The notes beneath the pieces were generated by a model. It was not told where the DNA came from, made no database searches, and saw only the letters and a list, made by a program, of their open reading frames with translations. The position numbers were made by a program, and so were the translations under genes. Of a DNA stretch of 64,000 nt, positions 9,656 to 18,052 are shown piece by piece. Each line of letters opens with the position of its first letter. Within the stretch, counting starts at the first letter, position 1. The stretch comes from Thermoplasmatota archaeon. Its GTDB lineage: Archaea; Thermoplasmatota; Thermoplasmata; UBA10834. The stretch covers positions 64,001 to 128,000 of the forward strand of contig JBFMHR010000002.1 of the NCBI GenBank assembly GCA_040751795.1, given 5' to 3'.

Positions 9656-9973
9656 AAATGTAGGGTGGAGAGGCATAACGAACACCTCTTTTGGTGAAAA
9701 AGTTGTGGGTGGTTCGAAATTCTGGAGGAAATGGCGAGGTGTGTTGGTGATGCCCCTCCATGGTGGTTACTAGCAGTCCTCTCCATGCCTGCTTGACAGT
9801 ATAATCGCGTGGCTGTTTTAATCTCTTTCGGTACGACATTAGAACAATGCCTTCCTGTTCAGGTCGTCTGCTTATATGCCGCCATCCTGCAGTAGGGGCC
9901 GTGCTACTCGGCTCGCTCCACACCTCGGGCCGAGCTATCCGTCAGGGGGACGTTGGCGCGGCGCCTGCGAATC

Positions 9974-9980
9974 TTTATAT
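9974..9980 (+). promoter_or_regulatory. TATA box of tRNA-Leu
   Basis: TTTATAT about 25 nt upstream of the tRNA 5' end. Confidence 0.7.
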
Positions 9981-10005
9981 CCGTACGGGCTTAACAAAGG
10001 CTCAA

Positions 10006-10090
10006 GCGAGGGTAGCCAAGCCCGGTCAAAGGCGACAGACTCAAGATCTGTTCTCGCAGGGGTTCCCCGGTTCAAATCCGGGCCCTCGCA
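10006..10090 (+). tRNA. trnL: tRNA-Leu(CAA), no intron, CCA not encoded
   Basis: Acceptor GCGAGGG/CCCTCGC+A, anticodon arm ACAGA-CT-CAA-GA-TCTGT, long variable arm, T-loop GGTTCAAATCC. Confidence 0.97.
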
Positions 10091-10170
10091 CATTTTAATG
10101 TGTCCACACGAATCAATATGCGGATTGCGGTCACAATGACATCTCATCTAGGCCGACTGCGGATGAGTGC

Positions 10171-11529
10171 TCATGTCTGAAGTAGGAGTCTCCACAGAGG
10201 GAGAATGATGATTTCGATATCACCGATGTTCATGGCTCCTTCCTTGTCTTTGGTGACGAGGAACGCCTTGTCGCAACCATGCACATCGCAGAATCTCACT
10301 AGTCCCTTGGCGTCCGATTTGTATATGCTGGTCTGATACTTCAGCTCGATGGGGATCGGAGCCCGTTTGGATGGCAGCACGATGTCCACCTCGTTCCCCT
10401 GCGGGTCTCTCCAGAAGAATGCTGGTGATGTTCTTGAGAGGTGATTGTAGGCTGCGGTCTCTGCCAGCCTGCCGAGTTCTTGACTCCCCGTCGTCTCATC
10501 CAGCCCGAGGAGGGCGCTGATCAACCCCGTGTCAGCCAGATACGCCCGTTTGGAGGACCGGGCCTGTTTGACCTGGCTCTTGGTGTAGTTGTAGCAGGTT
10601 GAGAATAACATCGCCCGTTCCAGGATTGAAAGGTACTTCGAGGCGGTCTGCGCCTTCATGCCGATGTCAGGCGCGATGTTGGCAATCTCGAACCTCTGTG
10701 AGCTCATCGAGGCGAGTATCTTCAACAGGTGCATCATGCTCGCCGGGTTCGCGATGCTCTCAGTCTCCAGGAGGTCGTGGTACACTACTCTGTCCAGGAC
10801 GGATTGTTGGATGTACCTGTGCACCTTCGAGATAGGTCGCATGTCAACCGTCTCCGGATAGCCCCCTCTCACCAGGTAACTCGTCAATGCGTTCGTGACC
10901 TCGTTCTGGACGAGCATGAACGACTCGGGGACCTTGGTGTCGGACCAGACAGGGGGGATTTTGGGCACCTCAATCCCTTTGAACGCGAGATACTCTCGGA
11001 ACGATAATGTCGGGATGGTGATGTCGAATGCCCTGCCGGCAAGGCTCTCCCCCATCCCCTTCCTCACCCCGAGCGACGATGAGCCTGAAGCGAATACCTT
11101 CACGTTTGCCCTCGTCTCGTAGATGCGCTTGAGAATTGTGGGCCAGTCTTTGATGAACTGTATCTCATCCAGGAACAGGAATGCTGGGGCCTTCTTCGTC
11201 GCTCCTTCTGGGACTACATTCTGGATGAAGTAGGACACCACGTCCTCGAGCACGGTATGTTCTCTTGATAGGACTTCGTCGAATGAGAAGTACAGAGTCC
11301 TCTTGGGGTCCACACCTCTGTCGAGCAACTGCTGAATCGTGCTCATGATTCCTGTAGTCTTTCCGGACCTCCTAGGCCCTGTGACAATCACGATCTGACG
11401 GTCGTCGGCGTAGCTGAGGAGCTCCGCAATCGAGTCCCTTGGTACAATCACATCCATGTGCTCTGCTGGGGGTCTACCGCTCCATTGGGGGTTCGATATC
11501 ACTATCTGTCTCACTAGCCTTTCGTCCAC
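10171..11529 (-). CDS. AAA+ ATPase (AAA_14 + DUF4143, C-terminal PD-(D/E)xK-like domain)
   Basis: GPRRSGKT, LFLDEIQ, SGSS, GESLAGR, GGYP, YLADTG, EVDIV..PIELK; GTG start. Confidence 0.9.
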   Translation of the reverse strand: MDERLVRQIVISNPQWSGRPPAEHMDVIVPRDSIAELLSYADDRQIVIVTGPRRSGKTTGIMSTIQQLLDRGVDPKRTLYFSFDEVLSREHTVLEDVVSYFIQNVVPEGATKKAPAFLFLDEIQFIKDWPTILKRIYETRANVKVFASGSSSLGVRKGMGESLAGRAFDITIPTLSFREYLAFKGIEVPKIPPVWSDTKVPESFMLVQNEVTNALTSYLVRGGYPETVDMRPISKVHRYIQQSVLDRVVYHDLLETESIANPASMMHLLKILASMSSQRFEIANIAPDIGMKAQTASKYLSILERAMLFSTCYNYTKSQVKQARSSKRAYLADTGLISALLGLDETTGSQELGRLAETAAYNHLSRTSPAFFWRDPQGNEVDIVLPSKRAPIPIELKYQTSIYKSDAKGLVRFCDVHGCDKAFLVTKDKEGAMNIGDIEIIILPLWRLLLQT

Positions 11530-11636
11530 GGCTAATCAATGTAATTATGAGTTTATAATGATTTCCAATATATCCAATTAGAGTGTTGTGAGGTCCCCCT
11601 CGGGTGGGTCGTAGCTCCAAGATCATTTCTTACCAT

Positions 11637-11724
11637 CAAAGAATTCCACCTTGAATCTTCAAGCCTGGACATTCAAACACCATCAGATTCCGGGTCAATA
11701 TCCGGGGCCCTCGCACGTTTTAAT
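11637..11724 (+). repeat. att-like repeat copy 2 (conserved arm plus tRNA-Leu 3' end)
   Basis: ...AGATTCCGGGTCAATATCCGGGGCCCTCGCACGTTTTAAT matches tRNA end ATCCGGGCCCTCGCACATTTTAAT; the upstream ~60 bp aligns with 13814-13876. Confidence 0.85.
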
Positions 11725-11865
11725 TATCGATTGTGTATTTATGTGGATGGACACTAGCGTTCTATAGTCGGAGAACACAGCTCAAGATTGGAAATGCAGA
11801 TATAGCGGAACCGCCGCTTGTCACGTGCCTCGAGGGTGGTTCGAGGAGGAGGTGGGCCGGGAGGA

Positions 11866-12831
11866 ATGGATGATACTGACAGGAAGCTACTGCAGTTGAT
11901 ATCTGAAGATCCCAGGATGCCTCTCAAGGAGCTCGCGAAGAGGCTCGGGATTTCGAGGCAGACTGTCAGCAGGAGGCTCAATGTACTGACGAGACTTGGC
12001 ACATTCGAGTGCATCAAGGCGAAGATCTCCTACAGCTACTACGGTGTTTCGACCTTCCCTGTTGTTTGGGGCATATCAAAGGCCACATCGATCGATGATA
12101 CATTGGAGAGACTAGGAGAGAACGAATCCACATTTGCCGCAGCCCTCCTTGGAGGAGGGGTGCTACTGGTATTCGGATGCCTCACAGAGGTATCCGAGCT
12201 CGAACGGTATGTCGAATCCGTCAAGCGAGTTGCCGACATGCCTGATGCCACGGTGGGTTTGCTGTCCTATCATGATGGCGTGAATTTTGACTGTTGGTCT
12301 GAGGGAGCAACGCTCAGTGGGAACTGCAGGCAACTCTCACCTCTCGACCTGAAGATAATCGCCTCGCTCCATGACGACCCGCGCAAACCACCTAAGAAGA
12401 TAGCTGACGCCGTCGGAGTCTCGGCCAAGACTGTCAGGCGACATATCGAGCGCATGAGATCGGAGGGGTCGTTGGATTTCCGCATCCCCGTTGACTTCCC
12501 ACCTGGCGAGAGTTTCTTCACGTTGTTGTTCATCAATCTCAGGGGCGGTGCTGACAAAGTCGAAGTCGGCAGAAGAATCCTTTCCAGATATCCGCAGTGC
12601 GTGCTGATCGCCAGGCCATTCATCAACATTCCGGACTTCATTCGCGTGCTTCTCAGATCAGACAAGATGAGCGAGATACGCTGGATCATTAAAGAGGTCA
12701 GTGAAGATGAAGATGTTGTGTCCGTGAGGCCGAATCTCATCTACTTCTGGCGTGAATATGAAACGATCTGGCACAACAAGATGCTCCGAACGCTTGCGCG
12801 AACGCCAGGGGAACGAAGCGAATCTCGTTGA
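11866..12831 (+). CDS. Lrp/AsnC-family regulator with two HTH modules
   Basis: MDDTDRKLLQLISEDPRMPLKELAKRLGIS and LDLKIIASLHDDPRKP.KKIADAVGVSAKTVRRHI. Confidence 0.85.
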   Translation: MDDTDRKLLQLISEDPRMPLKELAKRLGISRQTVSRRLNVLTRLGTFECIKAKISYSYYGVSTFPVVWGISKATSIDDTLERLGENESTFAAALLGGGVLLVFGCLTEVSELERYVESVKRVADMPDATVGLLSYHDGVNFDCWSEGATLSGNCRQLSPLDLKIIASLHDDPRKPPKKIADAVGVSAKTVRRHIERMRSEGSLDFRIPVDFPPGESFFTLLFINLRGGADKVEVGRRILSRYPQCVLIARPFINIPDFIRVLLRSDKMSEIRWIIKEVSEDEDVVSVRPNLIYFWREYETIWHNKMLRTLARTPGERSESR

Positions 12832-13057
12832 ATATGGGCCGGGACATGATGACCCTGGCTAGGAGGCTGGCCACCATGCCTTCGTCGGAAGGTTGTCCTT
12901 CCAGTCAAGCGCAGCTTGACCGAATGGTCAGCGCGTGTTCTTCGGGTCGTCTGCTGCGTGACTCTCCCATATGACAGGGGCTGTCGATACAGTCCATCGT
13001 GTCCCGTATGAGGGATACGACGAAGCCGCAAAGGTGGCTCGAGGAGGAGAGGAGAGA

Positions 13058-13720
13058 ATGAAGATAGGAGTGATGGTCGCCTTGAGCGTCCTCATTGTGC
13101 TACTGTCTGCGCAGCCTGTTTCGGGACAGTCAGTGAGTGTTGAGTCCTTTAGTGACAAACCGAATGACCTCGGTCATCCAGCATTCTACGTTGACGACGC
13201 TGGCCTGCTTGTGCCTATGGCATATTGGCCCGATACGTCTCCTGTTTGTGATGCCGGATACCTGGACATGCTCTGGGGGGATATGAAGCTCGGTGGGAAC
13301 GGCATCATGACTGCGCGCCTGACCGTCGCCGAACCCGTAGTGACAGACGAGACTGTGCTGCCAAACAGCGTGACCGAAGTCTGGTGGACTTGGTTCTTCT
13401 ACAAGGATACTGGCTACTTCGAAGCGGACTATGCAATTCACCTCTGCTGGGACGGACAGGCGTATGAGTGTCTCGTGCTCATGAGGGGACAAGAGAGTCC
13501 AGTTGGACTCGCTGAGTCTTACAGCGTCGTAGGAGACCAGGTTGTCGTGGAGTTCGATGGAGCTCTTATTCCAGACTCAGTTGCCTGGTTCGCCGAGTCG
13601 ATATGCTGGGTGTGCTGTAATCCTCGCACGGACCTGGGATACATGCCGAGCAGTGGATGGTATGCGGCGGATCTCACAGATGGGCCGTTCCTGCCATGGC
13701 AACCGATGCCTGGATACTAG
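13058..13720 (+). CDS. Secreted hypothetical protein
   Basis: Strong SD (GGAGG), signal peptide MKIGVMVALSVLIVLLSAQPVSG, acidic/aromatic mature part. Confidence 0.75.
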   Translation: MKIGVMVALSVLIVLLSAQPVSGQSVSVESFSDKPNDLGHPAFYVDDAGLLVPMAYWPDTSPVCDAGYLDMLWGDMKLGGNGIMTARLTVAEPVVTDETVLPNSVTEVWWTWFFYKDTGYFEADYAIHLCWDGQAYECLVLMRGQESPVGLAESYSVVGDQVVVEFDGALIPDSVAWFAESICWVCCNPRTDLGYMPSSGWYAADLTDGPFLPWQPMPGY

Positions 13721-13813
13721 AACATGATGTAGTGGATCTTCACCAAACACATTCGATTCCTTTCTCTTCATTGTAGCGTCGATGTGTCTGGTTCGCAGTG
13801 GATTATCCGCTGG

Positions 13814-13895
13814 CAGAGAATTGCGCTTTGGACCTTCAAGCCCGAACCTTCAATCGCCGGTAGATTCCAGGTCAATATCCGGGCCCTCGCACATT
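13814..13895 (+). repeat. att-like repeat copy 3
   Basis: 19 bp ATCCGGGCCCTCGCACATT (13877-13895) identical to 10076-10094; arm similar to copy 2. Confidence 0.88.
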
Positions 13896-13955
13896 CCGAT
13901 TGCCGGTGTCGGACTTGAATCAAGACCATAGGGATTTCACGGGGAGGAGTCCACT

Positions 13956-14984
13956 TCAAAGTCTCCCGCCCTCATCCCTCACTGCGACCACCAGTCCTTC
14001 GGTGCAGCCGTCGACCACGCCCTCGATCGCCTTCCATGCGCATGACAGCCTCTCCTCCGGCGTGCTGCCGGAGACGACGACGTAGCGACGACCTCTCAGC
14101 GCCAGCTCATTCCTGAAGGTCTCCAGGAACTCCTGACGTCGGTCGGGACAGTCCCTCCAAAGGCTCTCGACCCATGGGATGCCAATGTCAGTCAGGAGAT
14201 GGAGGTCGTACTTCCGTGCGAACGACTCCTTGACGATCCATTCAGGGCAGCTGCCGAAGTAGTGGTTGCTCCAGATCGCCGTGGTCATCAGGTCAGTGTC
14301 GCAGATGAGGACCCTGTTCGCCACCCGCGCCGCCGCGTCCTCGGATCCGACCTGTCCTCTCGCGATCATCTCGATGTCCTCGGTCGACTTCAGGTCACTG
14401 TTCCCGTTCTTGAGGTACTCGACCGCGTACTCCGGCACCCACACGGTGTTCAGCCGCGCAGCGAGCGCAGCCGCCAGCGTCGTCTTTCCCGTCGACTCCG
14501 GCCCGACGATGCATATCCTCTTCGCGTAGTGGGCCCTCACAGGGGGCGGGATGAAGTCCCACCACTTGTACGGGTCGGCCCTGACTTTCTCGCCCGAGAT
14601 GTGGTACCTCTCCCTGCGGGGATCGACGCAGACATGCACGCATCCGAGGACCTCCGCGAGCTTGTACCCGTAGTCCTCCGACGAGAATATCACGTCCGGC
14701 CTTGGGGCGTATCTCAGGATCGCCCTCCTCCAGATGTCCCAGAAGTCCGGGTGCTCCTCCGGCTGCGACGGCAGCTCCTCGCTGACCCAGACCACGTTGG
14801 CGTCGGGGTTCATCTCCTTGACCCATTCGTACCTCATCCCGCCGGGGATGGGCTCCCAGAAGTGGGAGCAGACAAGGACGGTCAGCCTCCCGACCCTCGC
14901 CTTGCCCGTGTCGATTAGGTGCTGGTGCCCGGCGTGGATGGGCATGAACTTGCCGATGATGAGCCCTTCCTCGTAGCGATCCAT
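13956..14984 (-). CDS. nadR: NadR-type NMN adenylyltransferase / ribosylnicotinamide kinase (no HTH)
   Basis: GKFMPIHAGH (HxGH), FSSEDYG, ISG, then GPESTGKTT, VPEY, CDTD. Confidence 0.9.
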   Translation of the reverse strand: MDRYEEGLIIGKFMPIHAGHQHLIDTGKARVGRLTVLVCSHFWEPIPGGMRYEWVKEMNPDANVVWVSEELPSQPEEHPDFWDIWRRAILRYAPRPDVIFSSEDYGYKLAEVLGCVHVCVDPRRERYHISGEKVRADPYKWWDFIPPPVRAHYAKRICIVGPESTGKTTLAAALAARLNTVWVPEYAVEYLKNGNSDLKSTEDIEMIARGQVGSEDAAARVANRVLICDTDLMTTAIWSNHYFGSCPEWIVKESFARKYDLHLLTDIGIPWVESLWRDCPDRRQEFLETFRNELALRGRRYVVVSGSTPEERLSCAWKAIEGVVDGCTEGLVVAVRDEGGRL

Positions 14985-15532
14985 GACTTCCTCCATTCGA
15001 TGTACCCCGCAGTCGCCAGGACAAGGAACACCGCGTACAGCCCGCTCATCAGGTAGAGTTCCTTGTAGAGGTATATTCCAGTGTCCACCACGTCGGCGGC
15101 TATCCACAGGTACCAGCTCTCGAGCTTCTTGAGGGACATCAGGTACTGCGCGATTATGCTCATGACCGTGGTTGACGAGTCCCAGTACGGGACCGACGCG
15201 TCGGTGTAGGTCGCGAGCGCAGCCCCCATGACGACGGTCCCCAGCCCCCAGGTGGCTGCGGTGCCCGCCCCGGACCTCCATGACAGCGTGGTGACGGGCA
15301 CGGAGGCCTCCCCCTTCTTCGGGTGGATCCAGTAGTACCAGCCGTAGAATGACAGTATGAGGAAGACCACCTGCAGGCCCAGGTCGGCGTAGAGCTTGAC
15401 CTGGTAGAACAGGACCATGAAGAGCAGGATGTTGACTATGCCGATGGGCCAGCAGAGCACCTTCTGCCTCACGGTGAGCCAGACGGTCAACAGGCCTGTG
15501 ACGACCCCCAGTACCTCTATCACGTTCATCAT
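14915..15532 (-). CDS. pnuC: Nicotinamide riboside transporter PnuC
   Basis: WPIGIVN, LYADLGLQ, YGWYYW, PYWDS, KKLESWYLWIAAD. Confidence 0.93.
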   Translation of the reverse strand: MMNVIEVLGVVTGLLTVWLTVRQKVLCWPIGIVNILLFMVLFYQVKLYADLGLQVVFLILSFYGWYYWIHPKKGEASVPVTTLSWRSGAGTAATWGLGTVVMGAALATYTDASVPYWDSSTTVMSIIAQYLMSLKKLESWYLWIAADVVDTGIYLYKELYLMSGLYAVFLVLATAGYIEWRKSWIATRKGSSSASSCPSTPGTST

Positions 15533-16266
15533 GTCCCTCGCTCGAACCTGGGCTTCTTGAAAGTGGACGAAGGCCTCGCGTCCCTGAACTCGTAGAGCAT
15601 CGCTGGCCTGTGCCCTCCCTTCCTGTAGGCTCTTGTGGGCTTGAGGACGCCCATGGACATCATCTTCTTCCTGAAGTTGCGCTTGTCGAGGCCCTCGCCC
15701 AGTATAGTCTCATACAGGCTCTGGAGCTCTGTCAGGGTGAACTGGTCAGGAAGGAGCTCCAATCCGACGGCCGTGTACTCCAGCTTGTTCCTCAGCCTCT
15801 TGAGCGCGTATTCCAGGATTCCCCCGTGGTCGAACGCGATGCCCTCCGGAAGATCGTGCACAGGGAACCACTGGACGTCGCTGATGCCCTCCTGCCCGGT
15901 GACCCGGGGCTTGACCTTCGAGGAGTCGACGAGGGCGAAGTAGGCGACGGTGATGACCCTGGTCCTCGGGTCCCGGCCGGGGTCGCCGAACGTGTAGAGC
16001 TGTTCCAGATAGGCCCCCCCGGCGTCCACGCCCGTCTCCTCTTCCAGCTCCCTCACCGCGGCCTCCTCCAGGGCCTCGTCCATCCTCACGAAACCTCCGG
16101 GCAGAGCCCAGCACCCGGCGAACGGCTGCTGTCCTCGTCTGATGAGCAGGACCTTCAGCGAACCATCCATCACGGTGAACAAGACGAGGTCCACCGTGAC
16201 CGAGGGCCTCTCGAACTCCGAGACGTCGTAGCGCTTCAGGAACTCCTTCTGGCTCTGCCCCCTCAT
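15529..16266 (-). CDS. nrtR: NrtR Nudix-related transcriptional regulator
   Basis: PSVTVD, WALPGGFV...AAVRELEEETG, EQLYTFGDPGRDPR, FDH, then wHTH FTLTELQ..YE...DKRNFRKK. Confidence 0.93.
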   Translation of the reverse strand: MRGQSQKEFLKRYDVSEFERPSVTVDLVLFTVMDGSLKVLLIRRGQQPFAGCWALPGGFVRMDEALEEAAVRELEEETGVDAGGAYLEQLYTFGDPGRDPRTRVITVAYFALVDSSKVKPRVTGQEGISDVQWFPVHDLPEGIAFDHGGILEYALKRLRNKLEYTAVGLELLPDQFTLTELQSLYETILGEGLDKRNFRKKMMSMGVLKPTRAYRKGGHRPAMLYEFRDARPSSTFKKPRFERGT

Positions 16267-17156
16267 CCACGTCCCCCCGTCCCTGAGCCCCCGAACGAGA
16301 CGGCGCAGACCGGGAGCCTCGAAGCCCTGACCTTGAGCACGTCCCCCCTCCTGAACTCGAACATCCTCTTTTCGAAGTCCCCGTCGAAGCTGATGCACCC
16401 GTCAACGTTCATCTTCGAGCGGACCGTCATGACCTCGCCCCTGCCCATGGTGCCCTTGGTCATCGAGTAGTCGCCAGCGAGGTTGTGTTCCCTGACTATG
16501 AACTTCAGGTCCTTGGAGGTCCGCGAGAACCTGCCGTCCGACCCAGGTATGTTCGCATACCACCCCGTCGAGCCTGCGCCGGTCGTTATCACGATGCCGC
16601 TGGACATCTGCGACTCCCTCCTGCCCCCGAGGGCGACCTCGTACCTGGCCATGGACGGGTTGTGCCTGGCCCCGACGAACACCTCGTTGAGGGCGAACAG
16701 CGTCCTCGGTCCGAAGCGCCCCTCCACCCTGGTCCATTCCTCGACCTCGTAGTCGTCCCTGACGATCCTCTCGAGGGCCTCCTCGAAGTCCTGAGCGTCT
16801 ATCTCGCAGAGGACCCCGAGGCTCCTGCGGTCCGACCTCACGGCGAGCATCGGTGTGCGGTCCATGATGTACTGCGACGAGTTCAGGACCGTCCCGTCCC
16901 CTCCCACGGATATTATCAGGTCCTTCCCCCGGAAGTCCTCGTACTCGGAGTAGGGCATGTAGGACCTCGAGAACTGGATGCCCCTGTGTGCGAGCGCTCT
17001 CCTTATCTTGTCCAGTGATGCATAATGGGCTTCGTGGCGCGCCCTTATCTCATTCAACTCCCTCTTTGGGAGAGCGTCCTCGAGGAAGTCGGTGTGCTCC
17101 TTGAAGTACTCGAGGGCGGTCTTCTTGGTGGACAGCAGCACCCTCCGGACCTTCAT
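16263..17156 (-). CDS. nadK: NAD(+)/NADH kinase family protein
   Basis: SVGGDGTVL, ALNEV, SSGIVITTGAGSTGW, FDG. Confidence 0.82.
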   Translation of the reverse strand: MKVRRVLLSTKKTALEYFKEHTDFLEDALPKRELNEIRARHEAHYASLDKIRRALAHRGIQFSRSYMPYSEYEDFRGKDLIISVGGDGTVLNSSQYIMDRTPMLAVRSDRRSLGVLCEIDAQDFEEALERIVRDDYEVEEWTRVEGRFGPRTLFALNEVFVGARHNPSMARYEVALGGRRESQMSSGIVITTGAGSTGWYANIPGSDGRFSRTSKDLKFIVREHNLAGDYSMTKGTMGRGEVMTVRSKMNVDGCISFDGDFEKRMFEFRRGDVLKVRASRLPVCAVSFGGSGTGGRG

Positions 17157-18052
17157 GCCGTCCCCCTCCCCTCCTTTCCTTCCCCGTTGAACCAGTGGAG
17201 GAACTCCTCGGTGGTCGAGTACTCCACCCCGACGTCCTTGCACACGCGCATGGCCGCGTCCCTCGACTGCTCAGGTGTCTCGAAGCCGAGGCCTATCCCC
17301 GCGAGCGGGGTCGTGGCGTCCTTCAGGTTGACGATCCTGCTGGTCTTGAACATCTGCCTGAGGCCGATCGAGGTGTGGAGCCTGCAGATCCCCTCCACGA
17401 CCCCGGTGTTCACGAATATCAGGTCGAAGGCGCTGGAGGGATACCTCTGCCTCAGGAGGGAGAACACGTTGCAGTTCATGGCTGGAATCCCTTCTCCGAC
17501 CATCCTCGGGAGCGTGTAGTCGCTCTCGAGCCTCGTGGCGTCGAAGGTGTGCTTGGGGGCCACGATGTAGTCGTAGTCACCCTCCAAGAAGTCGTCCGGC
17601 CCGATGGCGTCGGTGCCGAAGCTCCTCTCCATGTCCGAGGGGAGGAACCAGGGTACCTCTGCCCCGTCCTGGTAGTAGATCTCCTTGGGGACAATCATCC
17701 CGCGGGCGCGCCGTCTCAGGTGCCTCCCGATGTCCTCGGTCAACGCTGGGCTCATCGTCCTCCCTCCGAGTCTCATGGCCTCGCCAGCCGCCGACACGAA
17801 GTACTCGAAGTCCGGCCCTGTGGAAGAACGAAGGACCACGTTGTGGGCGGGATACAGCCCGCTGTTGATGGCGAACTCCTTCGATTGGACCGGGTGCGCG
17901 TCCGAGCTGAATATGACGAGGTCGGCGTGCTCGACCACCTTCCCCGCGTTCTCCTTCTGGTCGCGCGTCGTCCCGCAGTAGAACGAGCCGTCCTCGTCGA
18001 CGAAGGACCTCGACCAGTCGATGAGGTTGACGATCAGCACCTGCTCCTTCAT
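17153..18052 (-). CDS. pncA: Divergent isochorismatase-fold hydrolase, probable nicotinamidase
   Basis: IDW..SFV..DGS, SDAHP, YPAHNV, PKH, GVVEGIC, DAT; position between pncB and nadK. Confidence 0.65.
   Translation of the reverse strand: MKEQVLIVNLIDWSRSFVDEDGSFYCGTTRDQKENAGKVVEHADLVIFSSDAHPVQSKEFAINSGLYPAHNVVLRSSTGPDFEYFVSAAGEAMRLGGRTMSPALTEDIGRHLRRRARGMIVPKEIYYQDGAEVPWFLPSDMERSFGTDAIGPDDFLEGDYDYIVAPKHTFDATRLESDYTLPRMVGEGIPAMNCNVFSLLRQRYPSSAFDLIFVNTGVVEGICRLHTSIGLRQMFKTSRIVNLKDATTPLAGIGLGFETPEQSRDAAMRVCKDVGVEYSTTEEFLHWFNGEGKEGRGTA

Noticed and set aside
9793-9805. TTGACAGTATAAT resembling fused bacterial -35/-10 boxes
   Set aside because: The spacing is 1 nt rather than ~17 and the host is archaeal; likely chance
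11637-11716. Repeat copies as additional tRNA genes or split-tRNA halves
   Set aside because: Only the 3' side of the T-arm and acceptor stem is kept; no anticodon arm or complementary leader is visible
14915-14984. 70-bp overlap of pnuC and nadR as a programmed frameshift or fusion
   Set aside because: nadR has its own GGAGG and ATG, and no slippery sequence is seen; simple stop-codon drift explains it
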